This document shows, in pieces, positions 40,566 through 51,021 of a stretch of DNA of 64,000 bases; position 1 is the stretch's first letter; the number at the start of each line of letters is the position of its first letter. Below the pieces are notes generated by a model, which worked only from the letters and a program-made list of their open reading frames with translations, had not been told where the DNA came from and did no database searches. This stretch comes from Chlamydiia bacterium. GTDB lineage: Bacteria > Chlamydiota > Chlamydiia > Chlamydiales > Rhabdochlamydiaceae. The DNA lies in assembly GCA_963804085.1 (NCBI GenBank), contig CAWDOQ010000002.1, positions 32,001 to 96,000 of the forward strand, read 5' to 3'. The position numbers and the translations under genes were made by a program.

Positions 40566-42918
40566 ATGGCCGAAAAGAAAAAATCTAAAAATCATCCGGA
40601 AGTAAAGGGGCTGCTGCTCCTCTCTATCACCTTTGCGCTTTTGCTCAGCTTACTCACCTTTTCGCCGCTTGAACCCAGTAGCAACTGGCTCGGACTCATG
40701 GGCCACTGGCTCGCTTTTGTCCAGCACTACCTCCTTGGGCTGATTAGCTATCCGGCTCTAATGTTCACAGCGTGGGTTGGCTGGAAGCTCTTATGCGGAC
40801 AAAAGATCGAGGAGATCTCTTCCAAGATCTTCTACTTCTCTCTTTTTTGTGTGTCGAGCGCACTTCTCTTAAATCTCATAGCGGAGCATCTGAGCTACCT
40901 ACCCCCCTTCCTCCAATCGCAAGTCTATGTGGAGTCCTCCTTCTTTCAGCTCCCTTACCCGCATAGGCAAGTGCGTTACAACTTAGGCGGCGTGCCGCTC
41001 TACTTCCTCTACCGTGATCTTCCCACCTTTAACTTGCAGCGCTTGCTTAGCGATGTCGGCATCGGCCTGACCTTCTCTATCACCGCCTTCGTCTCTTTTT
41101 TACTTGTTAACAGGAGTGGAGCTTCTCACCGTTTGGCAAAAGAGCCAAGCTCTCGTGGTAAAACTGGTAGAGCTTATAAAGCAGCGCATGCAAGCAAAAG
41201 ATGAGGAGATAGCGCTGCCGCCTGTCAAAAAGATATCTCTTGCAGCTCAAGAGCCAAACGCCTTCCCTAAACCTATCTACTCTTCTTCGGATGAGGAGGG
41301 GCCGCGCATCCACACGCATGCTGCAAACGATCTTCCTAAGCCCAAGACAGCAAGCGCCCCCACACCTACCAAGCGTGAAAAGGCTTTGCAAGCACAAGCA
41401 GTCCACAATGGCGACTTTACCGGCTACAAGCTCCCTCCCCTTTCTCTGCTGTCCAACCCAAAAAAAACAGACCAGCCCACTCTAAAAAAAGATCTCCGGA
41501 GGCAAGCAGAGATCTTAGAAGAGACTCTCCTGAGTTTTGGGATCGAAGCTAAGGTAGGCGATATCCATTCAGGACCCACTATCACCTCGTTTGAAGTGCA
41601 TCCAGCTATTGGCGTCAAGGTGCAGAAGATCACGGCGTTAGAAAATGATATCGCACTCAACTTGCAGGCCAAATCGATTCGCATCATCGCACCCATCCCG
41701 GGAAAAGCTGCCGTCGGCGTCGAGATCCCCTCCCTCTATCCGCAAGAGGTGAGCTTTAAAGAGGTCTTGATGAGCTACCACGAAAATCCGCGCAAATTCC
41801 TGATCCCCGTTCTCCTCGGAAAAACTGTCAGCGGTGACAATGTGATGAGCGACCTTGCCAAAATGCCCCACTGCATCATAGCAGGCGCAACCGGCTCGGG
41901 AAAATCGGTCTGCATCAACACGCTAATCCTCTCTATTTTGATGAACGCACGTCCCGATGAGATCAAACTCCTCTTAGTCGATCCGAAAAAAGTGGAGCTT
42001 GCCCCTTACTCAGACCTGCCTCATCTCATTGCACCCGTCATCACCGAACCGCATGGCGCCTATGCAGCGCTCAACTGGCTAGTCAAAGAGATGCAGACTC
42101 GTTACGACATCTTGAAGCAGCTGGGCATGCGCAACGTCAGCGGTTTTAACGTACGCAAAATCGACAAAGAGTTCGAAGCCTCGCTCAGCATCCCCGTTCC
42201 CGACAAGATGCCGGCAATCGTCGCTATCATAGACGAGTTTGCCGACCTGATGATGGCCTCTAGCTCTGATCTTGAGACACCAATTGCGCGGATTGCACAG
42301 ATGGCACGCGCAGTCGGCATCCACCTTGTGCTCGCAACCCAGCGTCCCTCTCGCGAAGTGATCACGGGACTCATCAAGGCCAACTTCCCCACACGTATCG
42401 CTTTTAAAGTGGCCAGCCGCATCAACTCCCAGATCATTTTGGACGATACGGGCGCAGAAGCCCTTTTAGGAAATGGAGATATGCTCTTCCTCCCTCCCGG
42501 GAGCTCGCTGCTCATCCGCGCACAAGGCGCTTACGTGAGCGACGATGAGATCGGCCGCATCCTCTCCTTCATCAAAGAGCAGGCACCCCCGAACTATCTG
42601 ATCGCCTCTTTTGACAATATGGCCCGCGACAACCTCTTCGGAACAGAAAAAGGTGAAGAGGGTTCTTCGCGCGATACTCTCTATGACCAAGCCCTCCAAA
42701 TCGTCCTAGACACCCAGACCGCTTCCACAACTTTTTTGCAAAGAAAACTCAAAATCGGTTATGCAAGGGCTGCATCCTTAATGGATGAGCTAGAGGTCAA
42801 AGGGGTGATCGGGCCGCAAGAAGGAAGCAGGCCGCGCCGAGTTTTGACAAAGAGCTCCTCTGTATCTGAAAAACAGGATAGCATAGAGGAAGATGAACAA
42901 GACCTTTTCGAACCTTGA
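40566..42918 (+). CDS. ftsK: DNA translocase FtsK, frameshifted at the T-run near 41100
   Basis: N-terminal TM domain, then GATGSGKS, DEFAD, ATQRPS, LLGNGDML and gamma domain (LQRKLKIGYARAA). Confidence 0.95.
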
Positions 42919-43255
42919 GCTGGACAAAAAACTCATTCCACGCCTCCGTTTTATCGGATTTTCTCTGTTATTTTTTGCTGTTTGTTCCCTCTCCTACTCC
43001 CTGATCTCTACCCCCTATCTCAGCACCACCGTGATAGAAGATGATCCTCTTGTCAAGGAGGGCGAGGAGCAGGCGGCAGGCTTTCCCGAACTTACAGACT
43101 CTCCACCCTTTATGGTGACAGAGAAAGACAAACTCAACCTCCATCTCGTGACAGCTGTCTTCTGCATCGTGGGAATCAGCTGTCTTTATCTCGCAGCCAA
43201 AAAGAAAAAAATCCTCGACATTCAACTCAAAACGCCTCCGGAAGAGGGCGCATGA
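42893..43255 (+). CDS. Hypothetical two-TM membrane protein
   Basis: Overlaps both neighbours; two hydrophobic segments. Confidence 0.6.
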   Translation: MNKTFSNLELDKKLIPRLRFIGFSLLFFAVCSLSYSLISTPYLSTTVIEDDPLVKEGEEQAAGFPELTDSPPFMVTEKDKLNLHLVTAVFCIVGISCLYLAAKKKKILDIQLKTPPEEGA

Positions 43256-44589
43256 AAAAACCTGAGAAAAAACGGATCTTGATCGCCGACTCTTCCAAAG
43301 AGAGCCTACGCGAGCTCTTGCATGCGCGTGAAAGCAATCTTTATCAGATTGAAACCGTCCAAAGCGGCAACGCATGCCTTAAAAAGTTAAAAGAGGGCTC
43401 TTTCGATCTTCTTCTAGTCGACCTTTTCTTGTCTGAGATCCACGGCATAGAAATCTTAAGAAGAGTAAAAACCAATCCCAAAATGCAAAAGATGGGCGTA
43501 GTGCTGACCTGTGCACAGACGATGATCCAAAACTACCATTCTGCCCTACAGATAGGTGCTGACTACTTTCTCGAAAAGCCCTATGACCCCTCCTTCTTCT
43601 ATGAGATTGTGAAGCGCTTCTTTTTAGGTAAACTCTCCCCTCCTCCTTTTGGCGGTAAAGAGTCGAGCTCGCACATTGCTACCGAATGCTACATCCCCAA
43701 ACTCCACTCCCATCATACCTATGTCAAATTTTGGGGCACACGCGGCTCCAATCCCGTCTCTGGGCGAGACTATATGCGCTATGGGGGCAACACCTCATGC
43801 CTCGAGGTGCGCCACGGAAATGATCTGCTCATCTTAGATGGTGGCACGGGCATACGCTCGCTTGGCAGCACCCCTTTTGTTGCAAAACAAAAAACGATCC
43901 ACCTTGTCATCGGCCATACACATTGGGACCACGTGATCGGCTTTCCCTTCTTTGCACCGATCTATAATCCCGACTGCCAGCTCCACATCTACGCTCCCAT
44001 TGGCTACGGAAAAACCATCAAGGAGCTCTTCACCGAAATGTTTGCCTATTCCTATTTTCCAGTGCGCCTAGATGATATCCGCGCCAAACTGGTCTTCAAA
44101 GAGATAGAAGAGGGAGTCCCCTTTAACGTCGGCGATATAGAAGTCAACTCACACTACGCCTTTCATCCCGGCCCCACCCTCTGCTTTAAGATCCGCGCAG
44201 GGAAAAAAACTTTCGGCTACGCTACCGATAACGAGATGCTGATGGGCTATCACGGCAGCCCGAGCGAAATAGGCAAAAACAATCCGCTACTCGCACCGCA
44301 ACTTAGCCTCGTCCAATTCTTTAAAGATTGCGACTTTCTGATCCACGAAGCTCAATACTTTCCCTTGGAGTACCAAGAAAAAGTAGGTTGGGGCCACTCC
44401 TCGATCTCCAATGCCTCCGTGCTAATCAAACACGCAGGTGTAAAGGAGTGGATCGTCACCCACCATGATCCCGAACACACCGATGATGATTTGCACCGCA
44501 AGATGCAGTGGCACCATGACATCATGGATGACAACAAGATCCCCTGCAGAGTCCGCTTCGCCTTCGACGGCTTAACACTGCCTCTTTAA
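43252..44589 (+). CDS. Receiver domain fused to MBL-fold metallo-hydrolase
   Basis: ILIAD..LLLVD..KP receiver; FWGTRGS, YGGNTSC, HTHWDH, WGHS. Confidence 0.88.
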   Translation: MKKPEKKRILIADSSKESLRELLHARESNLYQIETVQSGNACLKKLKEGSFDLLLVDLFLSEIHGIEILRRVKTNPKMQKMGVVLTCAQTMIQNYHSALQIGADYFLEKPYDPSFFYEIVKRFFLGKLSPPPFGGKESSSHIATECYIPKLHSHHTYVKFWGTRGSNPVSGRDYMRYGGNTSCLEVRHGNDLLILDGGTGIRSLGSTPFVAKQKTIHLVIGHTHWDHVIGFPFFAPIYNPDCQLHIYAPIGYGKTIKELFTEMFAYSYFPVRLDDIRAKLVFKEIEEGVPFNVGDIEVNSHYAFHPGPTLCFKIRAGKKTFGYATDNEMLMGYHGSPSEIGKNNPLLAPQLSLVQFFKDCDFLIHEAQYFPLEYQEKVGWGHSSISNASVLIKHAGVKEWIVTHHDPEHTDDDLHRKMQWHHDIMDDNKIPCRVRFAFDGLTLPL

Positions 44590-44666
44590 CTTGCCCCTGC
44601 CCGTGCCCCTGCCCGTGCCCTTGCCCGAATTAATCCGGATCGGGCACGGGCAGAGGCACGGGCAAG
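44590..44666. repeat. Hexamer-period inverted repeat element between convergent genes
   Basis: (NTGCCC)6-GA-ATTAATCCGGA-TCGGGCAC..GGGCAAG. Confidence 0.9.
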
Positions 44667-44671
44667 GGATG

Positions 44672-45445
44672 CTAAAAATATACAGGCCTACTCACTTTGT
44701 CCTGGTGGGCGATGGAGACGGGGATCGTATGGCCGGTTGTTTGCAGCTTTTCTTGGATGATTTTTAGGGCGAGGGCGGGGTTGTTGCACTCGCTTGAAAG
44801 GTGGGCGAGGTGCACATGCTTGAGTGCGGGGTGTGCAAGATGTGCGAGGAGCTCGGCACACTCTGCGTTGGAGAGATGTCCCATGCGACTGAGGACGCGC
44901 TGCTTGTAGATGTGGGGGCGGGCGGATGCGTGGACCATTTCAGGTTGATGGTTTGCTTCGATGTAGAGATAGTCGCAAAGCTCAAGCTCCTTCATAACAA
45001 GAGTTGTGACAAAGCCGAGGTCGGTGCAGAAGCCGAGCTTTAAGTTTTCTGTGCGTAGAGTGAAGGCCACGGGATCTAGCGCATCGTGCGAGATAGAAAA
45101 GGGGCGGATCTCTATGTCGCCAAAAGAAAAGGTCTCTCCTGTCGAAAAGATCTTAAACTTAGGACACTCTTGCAATGCGCTGTAGATCCCTTTTGCAGTT
45201 TCACTGTTTGCAAATACGGGGAGACTCTCCTTACATGCTAGCTTCTGCAATCCGAGAATGTGATCGGTGTGCTCGTGCGTGACTAAAACTGCTTCGATAT
45301 CTTTAATGTCGACACCGATCTCTGCAAGACGCGCCGCAATTGTTTTTGCAGACAGTCCTGCATCGATGAGAATCTTTGTCTCTTTTGTTCCCACATAAAT
45401 GCAGTTGCCTTTGGAACCCGAGCCGAGCGGACAAAATCCTAACAT
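44672..45445 (-). CDS. YycJ/WalJ-like MBL-fold hydrolase
   Basis: LGSGSKGN, IDAG, THEHTDH, HDA, TDLG, EANH, GHLSN, HLS..N. Confidence 0.9.
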   Translation of the reverse strand: MLGFCPLGSGSKGNCIYVGTKETKILIDAGLSAKTIAARLAEIGVDIKDIEAVLVTHEHTDHILGLQKLACKESLPVFANSETAKGIYSALQECPKFKIFSTGETFSFGDIEIRPFSISHDALDPVAFTLRTENLKLGFCTDLGFVTTLVMKELELCDYLYIEANHQPEMVHASARPHIYKQRVLSRMGHLSNAECAELLAHLAHPALKHVHLAHLSSECNNPALALKIIQEKLQTTGHTIPVSIAHQDKVSRPVYF

Positions 45446-45556
45446 GTGGAATATGTATAGATTAAAAAACCATAAAGGAAAATCGAAGAATTTTAAAATT
45501 TTTATTTGACACATCGAAAATAATGCGCTAAAAACAATAAAAACCGAGGGTCCATT

Positions 45557-45925
45557 ATGTCATTAAGATCGGGAGAAGAGATTCTAGCAGACATCTCTAG
45601 CACATTAGATCAGCTGATTCAAAATGCAGAAGCGATCGATCAGATCTCTTTGCACAGTCTAAAAAGATGCGAGGTAGAGGCTCTTCAAAAGACACAAGCG
45701 AGTTTAATCGCACGCATACTGCATATGGAGAACTCTTTGGATAGCGATCAGAAGCAGGAACTGCTCCGCAAAAGACCGACTGCCACTGAAACAATCCAAA
45801 AGAAGATCGCCGAGTTCAGCAGATTAAATCAAAGACTTGCGCAAGACACTGCTCTCGGCTTCAAAAAACCGAAAGCAAAAAAGAAGCTGCGCCTGCGTAA
45901 AAGCAGACTAAAAAACCGAATTTAG
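45557..45925 (+). CDS. Hypothetical helical protein with basic tail
   Basis: 122-aa ORF, SD GAGG, TTGACA-17-TAAAAA upstream. Confidence 0.65.
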   Translation: MSLRSGEEILADISSTLDQLIQNAEAIDQISLHSLKRCEVEALQKTQASLIARILHMENSLDSDQKQELLRKRPTATETIQKKIAEFSRLNQRLAQDTALGFKKPKAKKKLRLRKSRLKNRI

Positions 45926-47964
45926 TAGTTTGCGAGAGAACGGATCGCGCGCTCAATGTCTTGTGGTTGCGGGAGCACAGCATTCTCGAGATCCTTGCAA
46001 TAGGGCACCATGCAATCTTTGCCGGTGACGCGTTTGATGGGCGCATCGAGAAGATGGAATGCGCTCTCTGCAACTTTTGCTGCGATCTCCGCTCCAAAGC
46101 CTCCATTTCCTGGCGCTTCATGTGCAATCAGTAGTTTGCCTGTTTTTTTAAGCGAGGCGAGAACACTTTCCATATCGAGTGGAACGAGCGTTCTTAGATC
46201 GATGATTTCGACAGAGATCCCCTCTTGAGCGAGTTTTTCTGCAACGTCATACGCCATCACGACCATCATCCCCCATGCGACAAGCGTAAGGTCGCTGCCC
46301 TTACGTACAATCTTAGCTTTTCCAAAGGGTAATAGCGCGTCCTCTTTAGGCTCTTTGCGTGCACAGAAGACGCGCTGGCGGTAAAGTGCTTTGTGCTCTA
46401 AAAAAATAACGGGGTTGGGATCACGAATTGCTGTTTTCATCAGCCGCTTGGCATCAGAGGCATTACTCGGAATAACCACTTTAAGCCCCGGGCAGTGTGC
46501 TAAAAAGGCTTCGATGCTCTGTGAATGGTAGGGTCCGCCTTGGATGTAGCCACCATAAGGCATGCGGATCACGACAGGACAGCTCCATTCGCTGTTAGAA
46601 CGAAAATAAAAGCTGGAAAGCTCATTGAAAAGCTGGTTGATCCCTGTCCAGAGGTAGTCGGCAAACTGGATCTCGGCAACGGGCTTGTAGGAGTCTACCA
46701 GCGACATACCGAGCGCAAGTCCGATGATCGTCGACTCGGCAAGCGGCGTGTTAAAGCACCTCTTCACTCCATACTTCTCTGTCAGTGTGCGTGTGACTCC
46801 GAAAACGCCCCCTTTTCCATGAGCGACATCCTGTCCAAAGACGATGATTTTTGGGTCGCGTTTCATCTCCTCATCGAGCGCGTGATTGAGCGCGTCGACC
46901 ATCACGACTGCATCTTGTCCGGATGAGGAGCTCTCCTCCTCTTCCTCTGCTTGTATAACAGGACTCTCCTGGAAGAGAGCATTATCGATCGAATGAGGCT
47001 CCGGGAAGGGGATCTGTTCCGCCTCGACCGCAGCCTTTTCTACCTCTTGAAAAATCTGAGCGCGTAGCTCTTCTATCTCATTTTGCGTGGCAAGAGCGTT
47101 TTCTATCAGCCAATTTTGAAAAAGCGGAAGTGGATCTCGCGACTTTTCTTCTTCTACCGTTTCGCGATCTTTGTACTTGTTAGGATCATCACTGCTGCTA
47201 TGCGGGCCAATTCTAGGAACTTTAGCAACGATAAGGCTCGGTCCTTGACCTGCACGCGCCTTTTTTACGGCAGATTCTGTCGCATGTAAGACCTCGCAAT
47301 AGTCACAGCCATCGATATCAAAAACAGAAAGGCCGCTATATCCTTTGCCGAGCTGTACAATCGAGCCTCCGGCTGTCTGCTCAATGACCGGCACAGAGAT
47401 CGCCCAACCGTTGTCTTGAATGACAAAAATAAGTCCTAACTTATGCACGCAGGCAAAATTGAGCGCTTCATGGAAATCGCCTTGCGATGTCGCACCATCT
47501 CCTGCCGAGACATAGACTACCTCGTCTTTGCCTGAGATTTGCACTCCTTTAGCCACACCTACTGCTTGTAGAAATTGGGAACCGACGCAGCTGGATTGGC
47601 AAGGGAGGCGGAGCTCTTTGTGTGAGAAGTGTTCGGGCATCATTCTACCACCTGAATGGTGGGGCACAGCACGCGCAAGGAAGGTTCCGATCAGATCTTT
47701 AGATGTGCAGCCAATGCCGACTGCAAAGGCGCGGTCGCGGTAGTAGGGAAGTCCCCAATCTTTTCCGGGCTCAAGCGCAAGAGCGCAAGCAGCACCGATC
47801 ATCTCGTGGCCAATAACAGATATGTGAAAAGTGCCGCCCTTGTTCTGACGCACCAGCTTGAACATCTTCTCGTCTAAAATCCGCGTGCGCAGCATCGCCT
47901 CGAGAAGCTTTAAACACTTCTCTTTTTTAATCTCTGTGCCGCTCTCTTCTAGTAGAGTGCCCAT
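45922..47964 (-). CDS. 2-oxoisovalerate dehydrogenase E1, fused alpha/beta
   Basis: GDGATSQG TPP motif, HSSSDD, GGVFG.T, TPLAE, EIQFADY, HSQ. Confidence 0.93.
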   Translation of the reverse strand: MGTLLEESGTEIKKEKCLKLLEAMLRTRILDEKMFKLVRQNKGGTFHISVIGHEMIGAACALALEPGKDWGLPYYRDRAFAVGIGCTSKDLIGTFLARAVPHHSGGRMMPEHFSHKELRLPCQSSCVGSQFLQAVGVAKGVQISGKDEVVYVSAGDGATSQGDFHEALNFACVHKLGLIFVIQDNGWAISVPVIEQTAGGSIVQLGKGYSGLSVFDIDGCDYCEVLHATESAVKKARAGQGPSLIVAKVPRIGPHSSSDDPNKYKDRETVEEEKSRDPLPLFQNWLIENALATQNEIEELRAQIFQEVEKAAVEAEQIPFPEPHSIDNALFQESPVIQAEEEEESSSSGQDAVVMVDALNHALDEEMKRDPKIIVFGQDVAHGKGGVFGVTRTLTEKYGVKRCFNTPLAESTIIGLALGMSLVDSYKPVAEIQFADYLWTGINQLFNELSSFYFRSNSEWSCPVVIRMPYGGYIQGGPYHSQSIEAFLAHCPGLKVVIPSNASDAKRLMKTAIRDPNPVIFLEHKALYRQRVFCARKEPKEDALLPFGKAKIVRKGSDLTLVAWGMMVVMAYDVAEKLAQEGISVEIIDLRTLVPLDMESVLASLKKTGKLLIAHEAPGNGGFGAEIAAKVAESAFHLLDAPIKRVTGKDCMVPYCKDLENAVLPQPQDIERAIRSLANY

Positions 47965-47967
47965 CGC

Positions 47968-49113
47968 CTACCTCTTCTTTCCCTTCTTCTGAATGGGCGT
48001 GACCATTTTGATCTCTTTTTTCTTAGGCGGCTGCGGTGTCTCTTCTTGGTCTTCTCCCTTTACAGGGCGCTCTTTCTTCTTTGGTAAAAAGCCTTTGACC
48101 ACATCCAAAATCTTTCTCTTCTTCTCGCCAGATTCGACTCCCTCTTCGGTAATTTCGGGAAGCTCTTCGACCTCTTTGGCGACCGCTTTGATCAGCTTCT
48201 CCTCTTTTTCGATGCCAGGGATGTCGTGGATATCCGCTAGGCGGCTTGAAAGATGGCGCAGCGACTCAAGTCTCTCGGAAAGTGCTTGCAGTTTGGCATC
48301 CACTTTGACACGCGTGCTTCCACGCAAACTTGCCAAGAGCTGCGCTTCTGTGTCGTAGCGAGCAGAGAAGGTGACTCCTGTAGCACTAGTGATATCGGGG
48401 ATAAACAGAAAGTGGCGAACGCTAGCTGGAACTGTTGTGTACATATCCATAGTGAGCTGGGGCTCGAGCTCCACTTTGACCACCTGCTTCGGAGGTCTTC
48501 CTCGTTTCGGACGCGGATTGAGCGCCTCGTTGGAGTAGTAGGTCTTAGCTTTGGCAAGGAGCACATCGCGCGCAGTTTGCACATCTTTTGATACTTTAGC
48601 ATCGAAGAGATGACGTTTGAGCTTTTCGATTGTGAGTTTTGGCAGTTCGAGATCCTCTTCAAAGACAAACTGGATCTCTTCAGATCTCAGCCACTCGATG
48701 ATGCGGATGCGCGATCTTTCGTGGTAGTACTGCTGCCACTTTTCCAGCTCGGTCAAATGGTCGTAGATGAATTCAAGAAAATTTTCCCGCGCCTCTTTGG
48801 ATTGGATGATATCGAGGAGTTTTTCCTTTGTGTCGATATCGTAGACCTTTTCGTTGATGAATCCCTCCATGAACTTCTTTGTCTCATAAAAAGTCATCTT
48901 CGGAATCAGGCAGTAGCGATCGGCGTGGAGGGTGATCTCTTTGTCTAGCTCCTCTAGCTCCGGCTCATTCTTGTCTAGATCGACATAGAAGATAAACCCT
49001 TCGACCTTATCCAGATAGAAATCGCGCTCATCGTCCGACTTGGCAAAGGCGTCCATCAACCTGTTGTAGCGGAGGATCAGAGGATTTTGGGCACGAGGAT
49101 AAGTTTTCATCAT
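47968..49113 (-). CDS. UPF0158 family chlamydial protein
   Basis: DAFAKSDDERDFYLD..EG, W..YY.ER.R.RIIEWL, RPKRGRPPK. Confidence 0.85.
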   Translation of the reverse strand: MMKTYPRAQNPLILRYNRLMDAFAKSDDERDFYLDKVEGFIFYVDLDKNEPELEELDKEITLHADRYCLIPKMTFYETKKFMEGFINEKVYDIDTKEKLLDIIQSKEARENFLEFIYDHLTELEKWQQYYHERSRIRIIEWLRSEEIQFVFEEDLELPKLTIEKLKRHLFDAKVSKDVQTARDVLLAKAKTYYSNEALNPRPKRGRPPKQVVKVELEPQLTMDMYTTVPASVRHFLFIPDITSATGVTFSARYDTEAQLLASLRGSTRVKVDAKLQALSERLESLRHLSSRLADIHDIPGIEKEEKLIKAVAKEVEELPEITEEGVESGEKKRKILDVVKGFLPKKKERPVKGEDQEETPQPPKKKEIKMVTPIQKKGKKR

Positions 49114-49210
49114 AAAAATTTCTCTATTTAAATCTTATCTTAGCGAGGTTATCAGATCACGGCCGGCAGATCAAGCGCCTTTATGTTATCAATGAGAGGA
49201 CCCAGTGAGA

Positions 49211-49369
49211 AGAGGGCCCAGTGGACGAGGTGGACAATAAGAGATGTGGACTTAAGTGGACTAAGTGGACGGCCCATTCTTAAGTTTATTCTTGGGCGCC
49301 TGTCCACCTCGTCCACTTAAGTCCGATTATTCTTATGTTCTTCTGTCCACCTCGTCCACTGGGCCCTCT
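49211..49369. repeat. GTGGAC/GTCCAC hairpin element, copy 2
   Basis: Perfect 26-bp inverted repeat 49211-49236 / 49344-49369 plus inner units. Confidence 0.9.
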
Positions 49370-49447
49370 CCGTGGTTTTCTATCTTTTTTATTTTAAAGT
49401 AATAATATAAATTTTGTTTTGCATTGAAGTGTTTACCAGAAAATCGA

Positions 49448-49476
49448 TTGTAATATTCAAGGATTTATGTTATATT
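49448..49476 (+). promoter_or_regulatory. Putative sigma66 promoter
   Basis: TTGTAA-17 nt-TATATT with extended TG. Confidence 0.5.
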
Positions 49477-49507
49477 CTACCACAAATTAAAATAAAGGAT
49501 CGAATCA

Positions 49508-50782
49508 ATGGCTTCTCGTTTGCTAGGACCGCATTCAACTCCGCTTCATGATGATGTAGCGGCTTATGCATTCTCTTATTTAGACAAAGAAGATCGCAAA
49601 AATTTGGCGTGTGTAAACAAGAGAAATCGAGAATTTATCACAACAAAATACCCAAAATATGATCGAACTGCTCCGAAGTATAAAGAGCTAACCACACTTC
49701 AAAAACTTGAATTGGAGTTTATCAAGTTTCAGGATCGGCCGGTTTGGGAGCGCGTCTGCATTGTGGCGCTTTGTGTTCTACTATCACCCGCGATTCTTGC
49801 GTATCACAGCCCTAGCTTGCTAGAAAAATTTTATATTGCAGTCATTGATCCGTGCGCTCGATCGCTTGCAAGCCATTTGGAAGCGATCGCCATTACAATT
49901 TATGACTACGCGCTTACTCCACTGGGTCACTTTACCTACGATTATGTTCTTGTTCCGTTTGCTCAAGCAGTTCGCAAAATAGCAGTTGTGACTTACGATT
50001 ATGTTCTCACTCCTCTCGGCAATGCGATTTACGAAATTGCAAAATTCATCTTTGTGACTTTTCCAACACATCTCTATGAGTCGGTTCTCCACCCTTTGGC
50101 AAGTAAAACATGGGATATTCTGATATTGGCTAATGAGCACATTTTGACGCCCCTTGCTCGAGCTGTTCAATCTCTATTTACCGGAGGACTGGTCCGTTTG
50201 CTTCACGCTCTCTATACAAACGTTCTGGAACCGACAGGTCGTGTTTTGTGGGAAGGCCTCAATTTACTATATGATCATCTGCTTGTCCCTCTAGCAAATT
50301 TTGTTTCCGTTATTGCACAAGGTGTATTCATTACATTTCCTACCAAAGCATGGAATCATGTGATTGGTCCGGCAATGGACTGGACTTTGGATTGGATAGT
50401 TGTTCCTTTAGCAACCAAGGCCTGGGAAGCGATGACTCTTTTGTTTCATCACGTAGTGGTTCCTATTGCCGAGCTTCTGGGTGTCATCTTGGAAGGCGTT
50501 TGCATCACGTTTCCCTCCAAAATCTACGTTCATATTCTGTCGCCTATAGGCGGGGCCATTGGACGTCTCCTGATTGTCACTTACGAGGTGATTTTAACGC
50601 CCCTTGGTCAAATGATTCAGAAAGTTGCTTTAGCCATTTTCAACGAGCTACTTATTCCTATGGGATACGGAATTCAATTTGGCGCCGAGATATTGTACAC
50701 GAATGTTCTTTCTCCAGTGGGAATGCTCATTATGTCACTACCTTCGCTCGTGGGATACGCCTTCTCCGGCAAGCAATCATAA
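49508..50782 (+). CDS. Putative effector: F-box-like N-terminus plus Pro-punctuated amphipathic repeats
   Basis: LHDDVAAYAFSYLDKEDRKNLACVNKR; 15 copies of a YxxVLxPLG-like motif. Confidence 0.7.
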   Translation: MASRLLGPHSTPLHDDVAAYAFSYLDKEDRKNLACVNKRNREFITTKYPKYDRTAPKYKELTTLQKLELEFIKFQDRPVWERVCIVALCVLLSPAILAYHSPSLLEKFYIAVIDPCARSLASHLEAIAITIYDYALTPLGHFTYDYVLVPFAQAVRKIAVVTYDYVLTPLGNAIYEIAKFIFVTFPTHLYESVLHPLASKTWDILILANEHILTPLARAVQSLFTGGLVRLLHALYTNVLEPTGRVLWEGLNLLYDHLLVPLANFVSVIAQGVFITFPTKAWNHVIGPAMDWTLDWIVVPLATKAWEAMTLLFHHVVVPIAELLGVILEGVCITFPSKIYVHILSPIGGAIGRLLIVTYEVILTPLGQMIQKVALAIFNELLIPMGYGIQFGAEILYTNVLSPVGMLIMSLPSLVGYAFSGKQS

Positions 50783-50791
50783 ATCTCCGAA

Positions 50792-50874
50792 TTACGAGCC
50801 CGCTTCCGCGCCCGCATGCGCGCCCGATCCGGATTAATTCGGGCGCGCATGCGGGCGCGGAAGCGGGCACGTAA
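50792..50874. repeat. Hexamer-period inverted repeat, GCGCCC/GCTTCC subfamily
   Basis: 36-bp arms with one mismatch, loop TCCGGATTAAT. Confidence 0.92.
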
Positions 50875-50945
50875 AATCACAGGGATATTTTTAACGTAAA
50901 GAATATTGGACCTTATCCAGGTTATGGTACAGGATTCTGGACGTT

Positions 50946-51021
50946 ATACCATCTATCACAAATAACATTGAGTTCAGCGGCGCTTTCACGCAGCTGAAAC
51001 TCAATGTGTGATAGATGGTAT
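50946..51021. repeat. 76-bp palindromic mini-element (MITE-like or bidirectional terminator)
   Basis: Perfect 15-bp ends ATACCATCTATCACA/TGTGATAGATGGTAT; inner CATTGAGTT-CAGC/GCTG-AACTCAATG stem. Confidence 0.75.

Noticed and set aside
45922-47964. Fused E1 alpha/beta as a novelty (also plant-type GPAT and zinc-free L36)
   Set aside because: These are ordinary chlamydial traits.
50889-51010. Integron attC-like sites (TAAC..GTT ends)
   Set aside because: L boxes match poorly, the second lacks GTT, and there is no integrase or cassette array; better explained as palindromic elements.
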